Assembly: GCA_964609755.1 (NCBI GenBank)
Contig: CAZSSZ010000001.1
Coordinates: 1-43,474 of the forward strand
Direction of reading: 5' to 3'
DNA length: 43,474 nt
Source: an uncultured Flavobacteriaceae bacterium
GTDB taxonomy: Bacteria > Bacteroidota > Bacteroidia > Flavobacteriales > Flavobacteriaceae
In this document: piece by piece, positions 26,236 through 35,490 of the stretch
How positions within the stretch are numbered: the stretch's first letter is position 1
How the letters are laid out: each line of letters opens with the position of its first letter
Notes under the pieces: model-generated
Database searches by the model: none
What the model saw: only the letters and a program-made list of their open reading frames with translations
Told to the model about the DNA's origin: nothing
Program-made: the position numbers and the translations under genes

Positions 26236-27138
26236 TTAGTCATAAATTGCTGTAGCTACACGGTAGGTGTTGGCGTGCGCTTCAACGATGAGATTTACAT
26301 CGGGCGCATAGCCACCGCCCATGCTGCATTGCACTGGGATTTGTTGCTCAAAACAAGATGACAACACAAGTTCGTCTCGTTTTTTTGCACCCTCAAGTGT
26401 GAGGGCTAAACGCCCAAGTTTATCTTCTTTGAGTACATCTACTCCAGATAGATAAAACACAAAATCAGGTTTGACGGTAGCCAATAAATGGGCTAGATGC
26501 GTTTCTAATCGATCGAGATATTCGTCATCTGTTGTGTTGTCTTCTAGGGCAATATCGACATCGCTTTCTTCTTTTTGAAAAGGGTAATTGGCTTTGCCGT
26601 GCATGGAAAACGTAAATACTTTTGAGTTGTTTTGAAAAAGCGAGGCTGTACCGTTACCTTGATGTACGTCCAAATCTATAATTAAGATTTGATGGGCTTT
26701 TCTTGAGGCTAACAGATAATCTGCGCCAATCGCCTGATCATTTAGTAAACAAAACGCCTCACCACGATTATAAAACGCATGATGTGTGCCTCCAGCAATA
26801 TTAAATGCGATACCATTTTTGAGTGCATACTCACAACCTAAAAGTGTACCTTGTGCAATTACGCACTCCCTTTCAATCAACGTTGCCGATAAGGGAAAAC
26901 CTATACGTCTTATGTCTTTTTTAGAGAGGGATAAAGTGTTGAGCTGGGCGTAATATTCCGGACAATGCGTGCGTAAAATATGCGCATCAGCAATGCGATT
27001 GGGCGCAAAAAATTGTTCTCGTGTACAGGTGCCTTCACGAACAAGTTGTTCGGGAAGCATTTCGTATTTGAGCATAGGAAATCGATGCCCTTCGGGTAGT
27101 GGATGTGCGTAAATGTCGTGATGGGCAATGCAAATCAT
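26236..27138 (-). CDS. Histone deacetylase-family (arginase-fold) Zn-dependent deacetylase, AcuC/HDAC-like
   Basis: Motifs present are GGTHHAF, IIDLDVHQGNGT and SGVDVLKEDKLG. Size is 300 aa. Confidence 0.85.
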   Translation of the reverse strand: MICIAHHDIYAHPLPEGHRFPMLKYEMLPEQLVREGTCTREQFFAPNRIADAHILRTHCPEYYAQLNTLSLSKKDIRRIGFPLSATLIERECVIAQGTLLGCEYALKNGIAFNIAGGTHHAFYNRGEAFCLLNDQAIGADYLLASRKAHQILIIDLDVHQGNGTASLFQNNSKVFTFSMHGKANYPFQKEESDVDIALEDNTTDDEYLDRLETHLAHLLATVKPDFVFYLSGVDVLKEDKLGRLALTLEGAKKRDELVLSSCFEQQIPVQCSMGGGYAPDVNLIVEAHANTYRVATAIYD

Positions 27139-27153
27139 TGCCGCAAATATAGC

Positions 27154-27372
27154 TTAGGCTTTGGTGATTTTTCTAAGAAGTAGCCCGGCTGACATTAAAA
27201 TTATACCTACTAAAAAAAATGTACAGAGAATACCTTTATCTGAAGCAAATTTTAACAAGTGTTTGAAAAAATTAGTTGCTTCAACTTCTAAAAGCAACAA
27301 TAAAGGAAAAGAAATAAGGAAAAGCGCAATGCCAAAGGCAAAAAGTTTTTTGTACAATTTTGGTTGTGTCAT
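27154..27372 (-). CDS. Small hypothetical membrane protein (two predicted TM helices)
   Basis: The 72-aa ORF has two hydrophobic stretches (LFAFGIALFLISFPLLLLL and ILCTFFLVGIILMSAGLLL). It lies 15 nt upstream of the deacetylase gene and has a -7-like box upstream. Confidence 0.45.
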   Translation of the reverse strand: MTQPKLYKKLFAFGIALFLISFPLLLLLEVEATNFFKHLLKFASDKGILCTFFLVGIILMSAGLLLRKITKA

Positions 27373-27391
27373 AACAGTAGGTTTGGTTTTT

Positions 27392-27399
27392 CAAAATTA
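27392..27399 (-). promoter_or_regulatory. Bacteroidota-type -7 box (TAATTTTG on the minus strand)
   Basis: The reverse complement of caaaatta at 27392-27399 is TAATTTTG. It lies 19 nt upstream of the ATG at 27372. Confidence 0.35.
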
Positions 27400-27460
27400 T
27401 AAAACTTTTTAAAACACCTCACATATTATGCCACAAATTATTTTGGTTAAAATTTTGTTG

Positions 27461-29134
27461 CTAAGAAGAGAGTTTCTCTAGCTGTGCGGTAATAGCCTCA
27501 TCTTCTATTTTTTCAAACAAAAGTGCTGCCTTGCCAAGGTTATGTCCACTAGGAACTAGTGTTGTGTTGCCAACAGCATCCCACCCCAAGGTCTCGCTGA
27601 GGTTTAGCATAGTACGGAGTTTGGTTGCAGTGTGTGGCAAAAAGGGTTCGCAAAGGATTGCCAGTCCAGCCACTACCTGAATAGCGGTGTGCATAATGGT
27701 TGCCACACGCTCGGGATTGGTTTTTATGAGTTTCCACGGCTCTTCATCCGCTAAATACTTGTTGCCATGTCGTGCAAGTTGCATCATTTCTTGACTTGCA
27801 GCTCTAAACTTATACTGTTCCAAAAGGGTTGAAATGGTGTCAGGCGAAGCCTTTAATGCCTCAAGTGTGGCAGAGTCTTCAGGAGTAAGTGCACCGGGGT
27901 TGGGTACAATACTTTCGTAATATTTTTTCATCAGTACCATCACTCGATTTACAAAATTCCCAAAAATGGCAACCAACTCACTGTTGTTTCGGGTTTGAAA
28001 ATCACTCCACGTAAAGTCGTTGTCTTTGGTTTCGGGGGCATTTGCCGTAAGCACATAGCGTAACACGTCTTGTTTTTCGGGGAAATCTTCAAGGTATTCG
28101 TGTAACCAAACCGCCCAGTTTTTGGAGGTTGATAGCTTTTGCCCCTCCAGATTTAAGAACTCGTTAGCGGGTACGTTTTCGGGTAGTATATAGTCGCCCA
28201 TGGCGTTGAGCACCGCAGGAAAAATAACACAGTGGAATACAATGTTGTCTTTTCCAATAAAGTGCACCAGTTCAGTTTCCTTGTCTTGCCAATAAGGTTT
28301 CCAGTCTTTGCCTTCTTGCGCAGCCCATTCTTTGGTTGCCGAGATGTAGCCAATGGGCGCATCGAACCATACATACAGCACTTTGTTTTCGCCACCTGAT
28401 ACAGGAACGGGAATTCCCCACGATAAGTCACGGGTAACCGCACGAGGCTTTAGCCCATCGTCCAGCCATGATTTTACTTGCCCCAACACATTGGGTTTCC
28501 AATCTGATTTGTGGTCTTCCAAAATCCAATTGCGTAAAAAATCGTCGTAGCGGTTAAGGGGTAAATACCAATGCGTAGTGGTTTTTAAGCTTGGCGTTTC
28601 TCCCGAGAGTGCCGATTTTGGGTCAATCAAATCGGTGGCATTAAGCGAGCTTCCACAGGCTTCACACTGGTCGCCATAGGCTTCGGTATGCCCGCATTTT
28701 GGGCAGGTACCCACAACATAGCGATCGGCTAAAAATTGATCTTCTTTGGCATCGTAGAGCTGTTCGGTAGTTTGCGTTTCAAAACAGTCCTTATCGTGCA
28801 TGGTTTTAAAAAACGCTTGCGCGGTTTGGTGGTGTACCTCGCTGGAAGTTCTTCCATAATAATCAAAAGAAATCCCAAATGCATCAAACGAATTTTTGAT
28901 GATGTTGTGGTATTTGTCAATAACCTCTTTTGGGGTGATGCCCTCCTTTTTTGCTTTCATGGAAATGGCAACGCCGTGCTCATCGCTACCGCAAATAAAC
29001 AACACCTCTTTGCCTCGCATGCGCAAATAGCGCGCATATATATCGGCAGGGACATAAACACCTGCCAAATGCCCAATGTGGATGGGACCGTTGGTGTAAG
29101 GAAGGGCAGCAGTAATTGTGTAGCGTTTGCTCAT
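27461..29134 (-). CDS. metG: Methionyl-tRNA synthetase (short form without the C-terminal tRNA-binding appendage)
   Basis: Present are the HIGH region ([14 protein letters not shown]), zinc knuckles ([18 protein letters not shown]) and a KMSKS-like motif (KLSTSK). Size is 557 aa. Confidence 0.93.
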   Translation of the reverse strand: MSKRYTITAALPYTNGPIHIGHLAGVYVPADIYARYLRMRGKEVLFICGSDEHGVAISMKAKKEGITPKEVIDKYHNIIKNSFDAFGISFDYYGRTSSEVHHQTAQAFFKTMHDKDCFETQTTEQLYDAKEDQFLADRYVVGTCPKCGHTEAYGDQCEACGSSLNATDLIDPKSALSGETPSLKTTTHWYLPLNRYDDFLRNWILEDHKSDWKPNVLGQVKSWLDDGLKPRAVTRDLSWGIPVPVSGGENKVLYVWFDAPIGYISATKEWAAQEGKDWKPYWQDKETELVHFIGKDNIVFHCVIFPAVLNAMGDYILPENVPANEFLNLEGQKLSTSKNWAVWLHEYLEDFPEKQDVLRYVLTANAPETKDNDFTWSDFQTRNNSELVAIFGNFVNRVMVLMKKYYESIVPNPGALTPEDSATLEALKASPDTISTLLEQYKFRAASQEMMQLARHGNKYLADEEPWKLIKTNPERVATIMHTAIQVVAGLAILCEPFLPHTATKLRTMLNLSETLGWDAVGNTTLVPSGHNLGKAALLFEKIEDEAITAQLEKLSS

Positions 29135-29150
29135 ACAAGAAGTTTCGGCA

Positions 29151-29158
29151 CAAAAATA
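29151..29158 (-). promoter_or_regulatory. Bacteroidota-type -7 box (TATTTTTG on the minus strand) upstream of metG
   Basis: The reverse complement of caaaaata at 29151-29158 is TATTTTTG. It lies 16 nt upstream of the metG ATG (29134). Confidence 0.4.
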
Positions 29159-29222
29159 GGGAAATTACCGCCTTGCTTTAAGTGGATTTTTTATCTTTAG
29201 AAAATCCCATAAATCGGCAGAG

Positions 29223-29579
29223 ATGAACACCCGAAAAAAAGGCAACCAAGGCGAGGACCTTGCTGTAGCACATTTACAAAAACAGGGCTATACCATTTTA
29301 ACACGGAACTTTTACTTCCAAAAAGCCGAAATAGATATTATTGCCAAAAAAGAAGATATGCTTGTGGTGGTGGAGGTAAAATGGCGAAAATCAGACGTTC
29401 ATGGTGCACCGCATGAATTTGTAACTCCCAAAAAACGCAAACTCATGGCACGCGCAGCTGAGTACTATATTCAGAAATTTGACTGGCAAGGTGAAACGCG
29501 ATTTGACATTATTAGCATAGTAGGCACTGCCCAACACCACACCCTCGAACACATCGAAAGTGCGTTTTATTTCTTCTAG
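29223..29579 (+). CDS. yraN: YraN-family (UPF0102) endonuclease-like protein
   Basis: The sequence GNQGEDLAVAHLQKQGYTILTRNFYFQKAEIDIIAKKEDMLVVVEVKWR fits the typical YraN pattern. Size is 118 aa. Confidence 0.8.
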   Translation: MNTRKKGNQGEDLAVAHLQKQGYTILTRNFYFQKAEIDIIAKKEDMLVVVEVKWRKSDVHGAPHEFVTPKKRKLMARAAEYYIQKFDWQGETRFDIISIVGTAQHHTLEHIESAFYFF

Positions 29580-29615
29580 AATTGTTATTTTTATAACATT
29601 TTGTTTCTTTATTCA

Positions 29616-29623
29616 TATATTTG
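29616..29623 (+). promoter_or_regulatory. Bacteroidota-type -7 box (TATATTTG)
   Basis: TATATTTG lies at 29616-29623, 17 nt upstream of the ATG at 29641. Confidence 0.4.
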
Positions 29624-29640
29624 TGAAATAATTCAGAAAC

Positions 29641-30300
29641 ATGAAAACCATTGCTGCAGCTGTGGAGGCATATGTAAAGTCCAAGCCTTTTTTGATTAGT
29701 GCGCTTACACAAGGGATTATCAACCTTACCTCGCTTTCGCGCATGATGCAAGACGAGATTCAAGAACAAACGGAAAAGCCCGTGCGCTCGGGGGCTATAG
29801 TGATGGCACTGAAGCGCCTTTCTACCGATTTGGAATTTCGGTATTCTCACAAAATCATTAAAACCTTAAAAAATATTGGAGACATTACCGTGCGTTCCGC
29901 ACTTATCGATTACAATTTTAAGGTTTCTGATACGCTCTTAGCAGCGCAAGCAAAACTACTCTCGCAACTTCAGCTTTCAAGTGAAAATTTTTATACCTCC
30001 TCGCGTGGTGTGCATGAGTGTAATATCGTGGTAAGCGAACATCTTGCTCCTTTGGTAGACAAGCATTTAGCCCAAGAAGAGTGTTTACACAAAGAAGAAA
30101 ATCTATCTTCAATAACCTTAAAACTCCCCACCGAAAACGTTTCCATTCCTGGGATTTATTACTTTGTTTTTCAACGTCTTTCTTGGGAGGGTATTAATAT
30201 CTACGAGGTGATTTCTACATCAAACGAATTTACCATTCTGGTCAATGATGAGCAAGTAGACAAAGCCTTCCGGGTGGTAAAAGACCTTAAGCAGTTGTAG
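29641..30300 (+). CDS. Stand-alone ACT-domain protein resembling the aspartate-kinase regulatory domain
   Basis: The C-terminal segment SSITLKLPTENVSIPGIYYFVFQRLSWEGINIYEVISTSNEFTILVNDEQVDKAFRVVKDL resembles an ACT fold of the aspartokinase type. No kinase domain is present. Confidence 0.5.
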   Translation: MKTIAAAVEAYVKSKPFLISALTQGIINLTSLSRMMQDEIQEQTEKPVRSGAIVMALKRLSTDLEFRYSHKIIKTLKNIGDITVRSALIDYNFKVSDTLLAAQAKLLSQLQLSSENFYTSSRGVHECNIVVSEHLAPLVDKHLAQEECLHKEENLSSITLKLPTENVSIPGIYYFVFQRLSWEGINIYEVISTSNEFTILVNDEQVDKAFRVVKDLKQL

Positions 30301-33300
30301 GTTGTTGCAGTTTTTCTAGGAGTTGAATAGCCTTAGTTACAGCAGAAACCTCATTGATAACGAGCACTAATTTTGGTCCGTCTTTGGTGTTTTTTTCTTT
30401 GAGTTGTGCCTTGCCTAATGTGCCCAATGTGCGCAACATATGTTGAAACGCATCTCCTTGGTAAAACGAACTTTCGGGATCAGCTAGAAAGGTGCAAATG
30501 CACTTCTGCTTTTTAAGGATAATTTTTTCAAAGCCTAACGCCGCCCCCAGCCATTTTAGACGCACACTGTCAAAAAGGGCAATGGTAGGTTCGGGCAGGG
30601 CACCAAACCTATCGATAAGCGAAGCCCCAAACGCTTTGAGTTCTTCCTCGGTTTTTAGGGTTGCCAATTCTTGATATTGCGCCAGCCGTTCCGTTACATT
30701 GTTGATGTAGTCTGTTGGGAAAAAGATTTCAAAATCGGTATCTAGCGTTACTTCTTTAACCGTAGGTTTTTGGTCGGGATAGAGGGCTTTAAACTCATTT
30801 TGCTGCAATTCTTCAATGGCATCTTTTAGGATTTTCTGATAGGTTTCAAAGCCGATATCATTGATAAATCCACTTTGCTCACCTCCTAACAAATCACCAG
30901 CACCTCTAATTTCCAAGTCTTTCATAGCGATTTGAAACCCGGAACCCAGCGCAGTGTATTGACTCACAGCTTCCATTCGTTTGCGCGCATCATCAGTTAA
31001 CGCTGAAAAAGGCGGCGTGATAAAATAACAAAAGGCTTTTTTGTTGCTACGCCCTACACGACCTCGCATTTGATGCAAGTCGCTAAGTCCAAAATGGTTG
31101 GCATTATTAATAAAAATAGTGTTCGCATTGGGCACATCCAAACCACTTTCAATGATAGTCGTTGCGACCAATACATCAAACTGCCCGTCCATAAAACCGA
31201 GCATAAGTTCTTCCAGTTTATTCCCCGGGAGTTGTCCGTGTGCGGTAGCGATACGCGCATCTGGAATAAGGCGTTGCAGCATACCCGAAACTTCTCCAAT
31301 GTTATCGATACGGTTGTGCACAAAAAAGACCTGTCCGCCCCGTTGCAATTCATAAATTACGGCGTCTCGAATTTGGGTTTCACTCCATGAAATCACCTGA
31401 CTTTCAATAGGATAACGGTTGGGAGGTGCGGTATTGATTACGGACAAATCCCGCGCTGCCATAAGGCTAAATTGTAAGGTTCTCGGAATAGGTGTGGCGG
31501 TGAGCGTGAGCACATCCACGTGCTCTTTGAGCGAACGTAATTTTTCTTTTACACCCACTCCAAATTTTTGCTCTTCGTCAACTATGAGCAATCCCAAATC
31601 CTTGAGCGAAACCGACTTTCCCACCAATTGATGCGTGCCAATGACTATGTCAATAGCTCCGTTTGCTATGCCTTCAAGTACCTCTTTTTTTTGTTTGGCG
31701 GTTCTAAATCGGTTGAGGTAGTCGATGGTAACCGGAAATTCGCTTAACCGCTTTTTGAAGGTGTTGAAATGCTGAAATGCCAAAATGGTGGTTGGCACCA
31801 AAACAACCACTTGTTTGCCGTTGTCCACTGCCTTAAAGGCAGCTCGAATAGCAACTTCGGTTTTTCCAAAACCTACATCGCCACATACCAATCTGTCCAT
31901 GGGTTTTTGGTCTTCCATGTCTTTTTTTACGGCTTCGGTAGCACTGCGTTGGTCGGGGGTGTCTTCAAACAAAAACGATGCTTCCAACTCGTGTTGCAAA
32001 TAGCTGTCCGGACCACAGGCAAAGCCTTTGTTCATGCGGCGTTTGGCGTATACGTTAATCAGGTTAAAGGCAATTTCTTTGACCTTCTTTTTGGTCTTTT
32101 GCTTGATTTTTTTCCAAGCTCCAGAGCCCAATTTATACACTTTGGGTGTTGCCCCGTCTTTGCCGTTAAATTTTGAAATTTTATGCAGCGAGTGAATACT
32201 CACATACAGTACATCTCTATCGCCATAAAAGAGTTTGATCGCCTCTTGCATTTTGCCTTCCACCTCAATGCGTTGCAAGCCACCAAAAGTACCGATGCCG
32301 TGGTCAATATGGGTTACGTAGTCGCCAACTTCCAGCTGCGCTAATGCCTTTAGGGAAATGGCTTGCTTTTTGCTGTAGCCGTTTTTAAGCCTGAATTTAT
32401 GATAGCGCTCAAAAAGTTGATGGTCGGTGTAGCAGACCACGTTTTCGTCTTCATCTACAAACCCTTGGTATAGTGGGGCAACCCAGCACTGAAAAGGAGT
32501 TTCGGGGGCTATTTCTTCGATAATTTGAGAAAGCCGTTCCTTTTGGGTTTCTGATGCGCAAAAAATATGATTCGTGCGTTGTTGTGCTGTGTTTTCGGCG
32601 AGATGCGCTGCAAGCCAATCAAATTTGCGTTGAAAATGGGGCTGTGGTTGACAATTAAAATGCAATGAGGTGTTGGCGTCACTTGGTGCAAAGTGCACAC
32701 AAGTTTTGGATTTCAATTTTTTCGAAAAATTATTGCCGCTGATAAATATATCCTCGGGGGGTAGCCTTCGAATTTCTCCATCAATAGTTTGATGTGTTTT
32801 TTGGGCGTGTGCAAACAATTTGTCGAGTTCTGCCACCACAAGGCTTTCGTTTTGTACACACACCAGTACATCATCTTGTAAAAAGGAAAGTATGGATTGC
32901 CGTGCCTCTTTTTCTTCTTTTTGCTCGATATTGGCAAGGATGTTAATTTTTTCCAATGCCTGTGTAGAGCGTTGAGAAGTTACATCAAAGCTGCGAAGGG
33001 TATCCACCTCATCGCCAAAAAACTCAATCCGAAACGGCTCCTCATGGCTAAAAGAATACACGTCTAAAATACCGCCACGCACAGCAAACTCTCCAGGTTC
33101 GGTAACAAAATCTACACGTTGAAAACGAAATGCAAATAGGGTTTCGTTGACAAAGTCAATACTGAGTACATCTCCTTTTTTAAGGGTTAAGGTTTTGCTT
33201 TGCAAGGCTTTTGTTGTAAGCACTTGCTCAAAAAGGGCTTCGGGATAGCTTACCACCAATTGCCGGGGTGTGTCCTTTACTTTTTGCAAAACCTCTGCAC

Positions 33301-33601
33301 GCAACAGTACATTTGCATTATCGGTTTCTTCAATGCTATAGGGGCGACGATAGCTTGCCGGAAAAAATAAGGGCGGGTTGGGGAGTAACACCTCCAAATC
33401 GTTAAAAAAATAGGCGGCTTCTTCTTTATTGTTGAGTATCCAAAGCACGGTGCTGGTGTGTTGCTCAAACATGGATTTGACCAAAAAACTATGTTTGGAG
33501 CCTATCAGTCCAGAGGCAAAAACGGTGCCGTTGGCACATGCGTTTTCATACACCGCACGAAATTGTGAGTTGTTTTGATAAAGCTCAGGAAGTTTTGCCA
33601 C
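30287..33601 (-). CDS. mfd: Transcription-repair coupling factor
   Basis: The 1104-aa protein has a UvrB-homology N-terminus and a CarD-like region (VGDYVTHIDHGIGTFGGL). Superfamily 2 helicase motifs are present (GDVGFGKTEVA, VDEEQKFG, LTATPIPRT, QLHQMRGRVGRS). The start codon is GTG at 33601. Confidence 0.95.
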   Translation of the reverse strand: MAKLPELYQNNSQFRAVYENACANGTVFASGLIGSKHSFLVKSMFEQHTSTVLWILNNKEEAAYFFNDLEVLLPNPPLFFPASYRRPYSIEETDNANVLLRAEVLQKVKDTPRQLVVSYPEALFEQVLTTKALQSKTLTLKKGDVLSIDFVNETLFAFRFQRVDFVTEPGEFAVRGGILDVYSFSHEEPFRIEFFGDEVDTLRSFDVTSQRSTQALEKINILANIEQKEEKEARQSILSFLQDDVLVCVQNESLVVAELDKLFAHAQKTHQTIDGEIRRLPPEDIFISGNNFSKKLKSKTCVHFAPSDANTSLHFNCQPQPHFQRKFDWLAAHLAENTAQQRTNHIFCASETQKERLSQIIEEIAPETPFQCWVAPLYQGFVDEDENVVCYTDHQLFERYHKFRLKNGYSKKQAISLKALAQLEVGDYVTHIDHGIGTFGGLQRIEVEGKMQEAIKLFYGDRDVLYVSIHSLHKISKFNGKDGATPKVYKLGSGAWKKIKQKTKKKVKEIAFNLINVYAKRRMNKGFACGPDSYLQHELEASFLFEDTPDQRSATEAVKKDMEDQKPMDRLVCGDVGFGKTEVAIRAAFKAVDNGKQVVVLVPTTILAFQHFNTFKKRLSEFPVTIDYLNRFRTAKQKKEVLEGIANGAIDIVIGTHQLVGKSVSLKDLGLLIVDEEQKFGVGVKEKLRSLKEHVDVLTLTATPIPRTLQFSLMAARDLSVINTAPPNRYPIESQVISWSETQIRDAVIYELQRGGQVFFVHNRIDNIGEVSGMLQRLIPDARIATAHGQLPGNKLEELMLGFMDGQFDVLVATTIIESGLDVPNANTIFINNANHFGLSDLHQMRGRVGRSNKKAFCYFITPPFSALTDDARKRMEAVSQYTALGSGFQIAMKDLEIRGAGDLLGGEQSGFINDIGFETYQKILKDAIEELQQNEFKALYPDQKPTVKEVTLDTDFEIFFPTDYINNVTERLAQYQELATLKTEEELKAFGASLIDRFGALPEPTIALFDSVRLKWLGAALGFEKIILKKQKCICTFLADPESSFYQGDAFQHMLRTLGTLGKAQLKEKNTKDGPKLVLVINEVSAVTKAIQLLEKLQQPTTA

Positions 33602-33615
33602 GCCTGTTTTTTTGG

Positions 33616-33623
33616 CAAAAATA
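33616..33623 (-). promoter_or_regulatory. Bacteroidota-type -7 box (TATTTTTG on the minus strand) upstream of mfd
   Basis: The reverse complement of caaaaata at 33616-33623 is TATTTTTG. It lies 14 nt upstream of the GTG start at 33601. Confidence 0.35.
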
Positions 33624-33733
33624 CGAAGTCAAAAACCCTTAGCGTGTGCTTACGTTAATTTTTAAACAAATTCGTTATTGCCTGTGATGTTAAAATCGGC
33701 CTATTCAGATAAGAGTTACTACATTTGCCCTCG

Positions 33734-34228
33734 ATGAAACGACCGCTAATTCGTATTGCCACTGCTGCCGATGTTCCTGGCATCCTTGCACTTATTCGCG
33801 AGTTAGCTGTCTTTGAGCGTGAACCTGATGCAGTTGAAGTTACTGAAGATGAACTTACAAAAGACGGCTTTGGCGAAAACGCCCATTTTCAATGTTTTGT
33901 AGCGGAAATTGACCAACGCATAGCGGGCATTGCCCTCTTTTACCCATGCTATTCTACATGGAAAGGAAAGTCGTTTCATCTGGAAGATTTAATTGTAACC
34001 CAATCGGAGCGCGGAAAAGGCATTGGCTTTGAGTTGCTAAAGACATTTATTGCCTATGCAAACGATTCGGGGGTTCGTCGAATTCAATGGGCGGTATTGG
34101 ATTGGAATACTTCCGCCATCAAATTTTATGAAAAACATGGCGCGAAAACCCTCTCGGATTGGAGAATTACCCAAATGACCGAGGGTGCCATACAACAATT
34201 TATAGCAAAACATCATGCGCGTATTTAA
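33734..34228 (+). CDS. GNAT-family N-acetyltransferase (diamine/SSAT-like)
   Basis: The sequences FYPCYSTWKGKSFHLEDLIVTQSERGKGIGFELL and WAVLDWNTSAIKFYEKHGA fit the SSAT-type GNAT pattern. The ATG at 33734 is preferred over the listed TTG at 33725. Confidence 0.8.
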   Translation: MKRPLIRIATAADVPGILALIRELAVFEREPDAVEVTEDELTKDGFGENAHFQCFVAEIDQRIAGIALFYPCYSTWKGKSFHLEDLIVTQSERGKGIGFELLKTFIAYANDSGVRRIQWAVLDWNTSAIKFYEKHGAKTLSDWRITQMTEGAIQQFIAKHHARI

Positions 34229-35465
34229 GTTTGGAGGCGCATCTGTAAAAGATGCCGAAGGAGTAAAAAATGTGGTCAATGTATTGACGCAAACAGGTCA
34301 CGAAAACACCGTTGTGGTGATTTCTGCCATGGGCAAAACTACCAATGCCCTAGAGGCGGTAGTATCGGCGTATTTTCAAAAACCCGAAACCTATAAGGGA
34401 CTGCTTCACGAGGTGGAAGTATTTCATCAAGATATTGTTTCGGAATTGTTTGATGGTAATGGGGCGCCCATCTCCAAACGAATAAAAAACCTTTTTAAGC
34501 AGTGCAACACCTTTTTGGCGAATAACCGCTCGCCACACGACGCTTTTGTCTACGACCAAGTGGTAAGTTTTGGCGAATTGCTTTCCACCTCTATTGTTTG
34601 CGCCTATCTGAACCACAAGGGCATAGCAGCGGAATGGGTTGATGCACGGTCCTGTATCAAAACAGATAATTATTACCGTAGTGCACACTTGAATTGGGAG
34701 CACACGCAAGCGGCTGTCCAAGAGCAAATGCAAGGCAGTGTATTAAAAATTACCCAAGGGTTTATCGGTTCTGACGAGAACAATTTCACCACGACTTTGG
34801 GCAGGGAAGGTTCCGATTATTCTGCGGCTATTTTTGCGTATTGTCTGGGGGCTACAGATGTTACCATTTGGAAAGATGTACCGGGTGTGCTAAACGCCGA
34901 TCCCCGTGTTTTTGAGAACACGGAGTTGCTACACCATATTTCCTATCAAGAGGCGATAGAGTTGGCGTTTTATGGAGCTTCGGTAATTCATCCAAAGACC
35001 TTGCAGCCCTTGCAACGCAAAGAAATCCCGTTGTTTGTTAAGTCGTTTTTGAACCCTACGGCAGACGGAACTCAAGTAGGAAAGGGGGTGCTTATGCAAC
35101 CCGAAGTACCCTGTTATATTGTAAAAAAAGGATTGTCTTTGCTTCGCCTCTCTACCCGTGATTTTTCGTTTGTGGTAGAGGATAATATCAGTGATATTTT
35201 CAAGTTGTTGCACGAGCACAAAATGTCTGTGGATTTGATTCAAAATTCGGCAATTAGTTTTTCGGTTTGCGTTAATGATAAGTATACTAATATGGATGCC
35301 TTGCTGCATACGCTACGCGCGCGATTCGATGTGAAACATACTGCAGACGTTACGCTTTACACCATTCGTCACTTTAAAGAAGATTCTGCTAATGGACTGC
35401 TAAAGACCCACGAATTAGTACTTGAACAACGCACACAAACAACGCTGCAATTGGTGATGAAATAG
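34215..35465 (+). CDS. lysC: Aspartate kinase
   Basis: The N-terminus MRVFKFGGASVKDAEGVKNV is the amino-acid kinase signature. Also present are ITQGFIGSDENNFTTTLGREGSDYSAA, GASVIHPKT and C-terminal ACT-like repeats. It overlaps the GNAT gene by 14 nt. Confidence 0.9.
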   Translation: MRVFKFGGASVKDAEGVKNVVNVLTQTGHENTVVVISAMGKTTNALEAVVSAYFQKPETYKGLLHEVEVFHQDIVSELFDGNGAPISKRIKNLFKQCNTFLANNRSPHDAFVYDQVVSFGELLSTSIVCAYLNHKGIAAEWVDARSCIKTDNYYRSAHLNWEHTQAAVQEQMQGSVLKITQGFIGSDENNFTTTLGREGSDYSAAIFAYCLGATDVTIWKDVPGVLNADPRVFENTELLHHISYQEAIELAFYGASVIHPKTLQPLQRKEIPLFVKSFLNPTADGTQVGKGVLMQPEVPCYIVKKGLSLLRLSTRDFSFVVEDNISDIFKLLHEHKMSVDLIQNSAISFSVCVNDKYTNMDALLHTLRARFDVKHTADVTLYTIRHFKEDSANGLLKTHELVLEQRTQTTLQLVMK

Positions 35466-35490
35466 CTATATTTACATTCAAATCACCCAA

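Noticed and set aside
27461-29134. metG considered as a truncated pseudogene because it lacks the C-terminal tRNA-binding domain
   Set aside because: The ORF is intact, with the HIGH motif, zinc knuckles, a KMSKS-like motif and a full anticodon-binding domain. Short MetRS forms are common, and there is no remnant of the missing domain in the 88 nt downstream.
28736-29200. 154-aa plus-strand ORF overlapping the 5' part of metG
   Set aside because: It is antisense to the HIGH-motif region of an unambiguous metG. It extends into the metG promoter region only by chance.
31769-32176. 135-aa plus-strand ORF, and several 60-106-aa ORFs between 30492 and 32003, inside mfd
   Set aside because: All are antisense to conserved Mfd helicase motifs. 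They are shadow ORFs in a long gene.
34350-35309. Two minus-strand ORFs (127 aa and 126 aa) inside the aspartate kinase gene
   Set aside because: They are antisense to a gene with a clear amino-acid-kinase signature, and no motifs were recognised.
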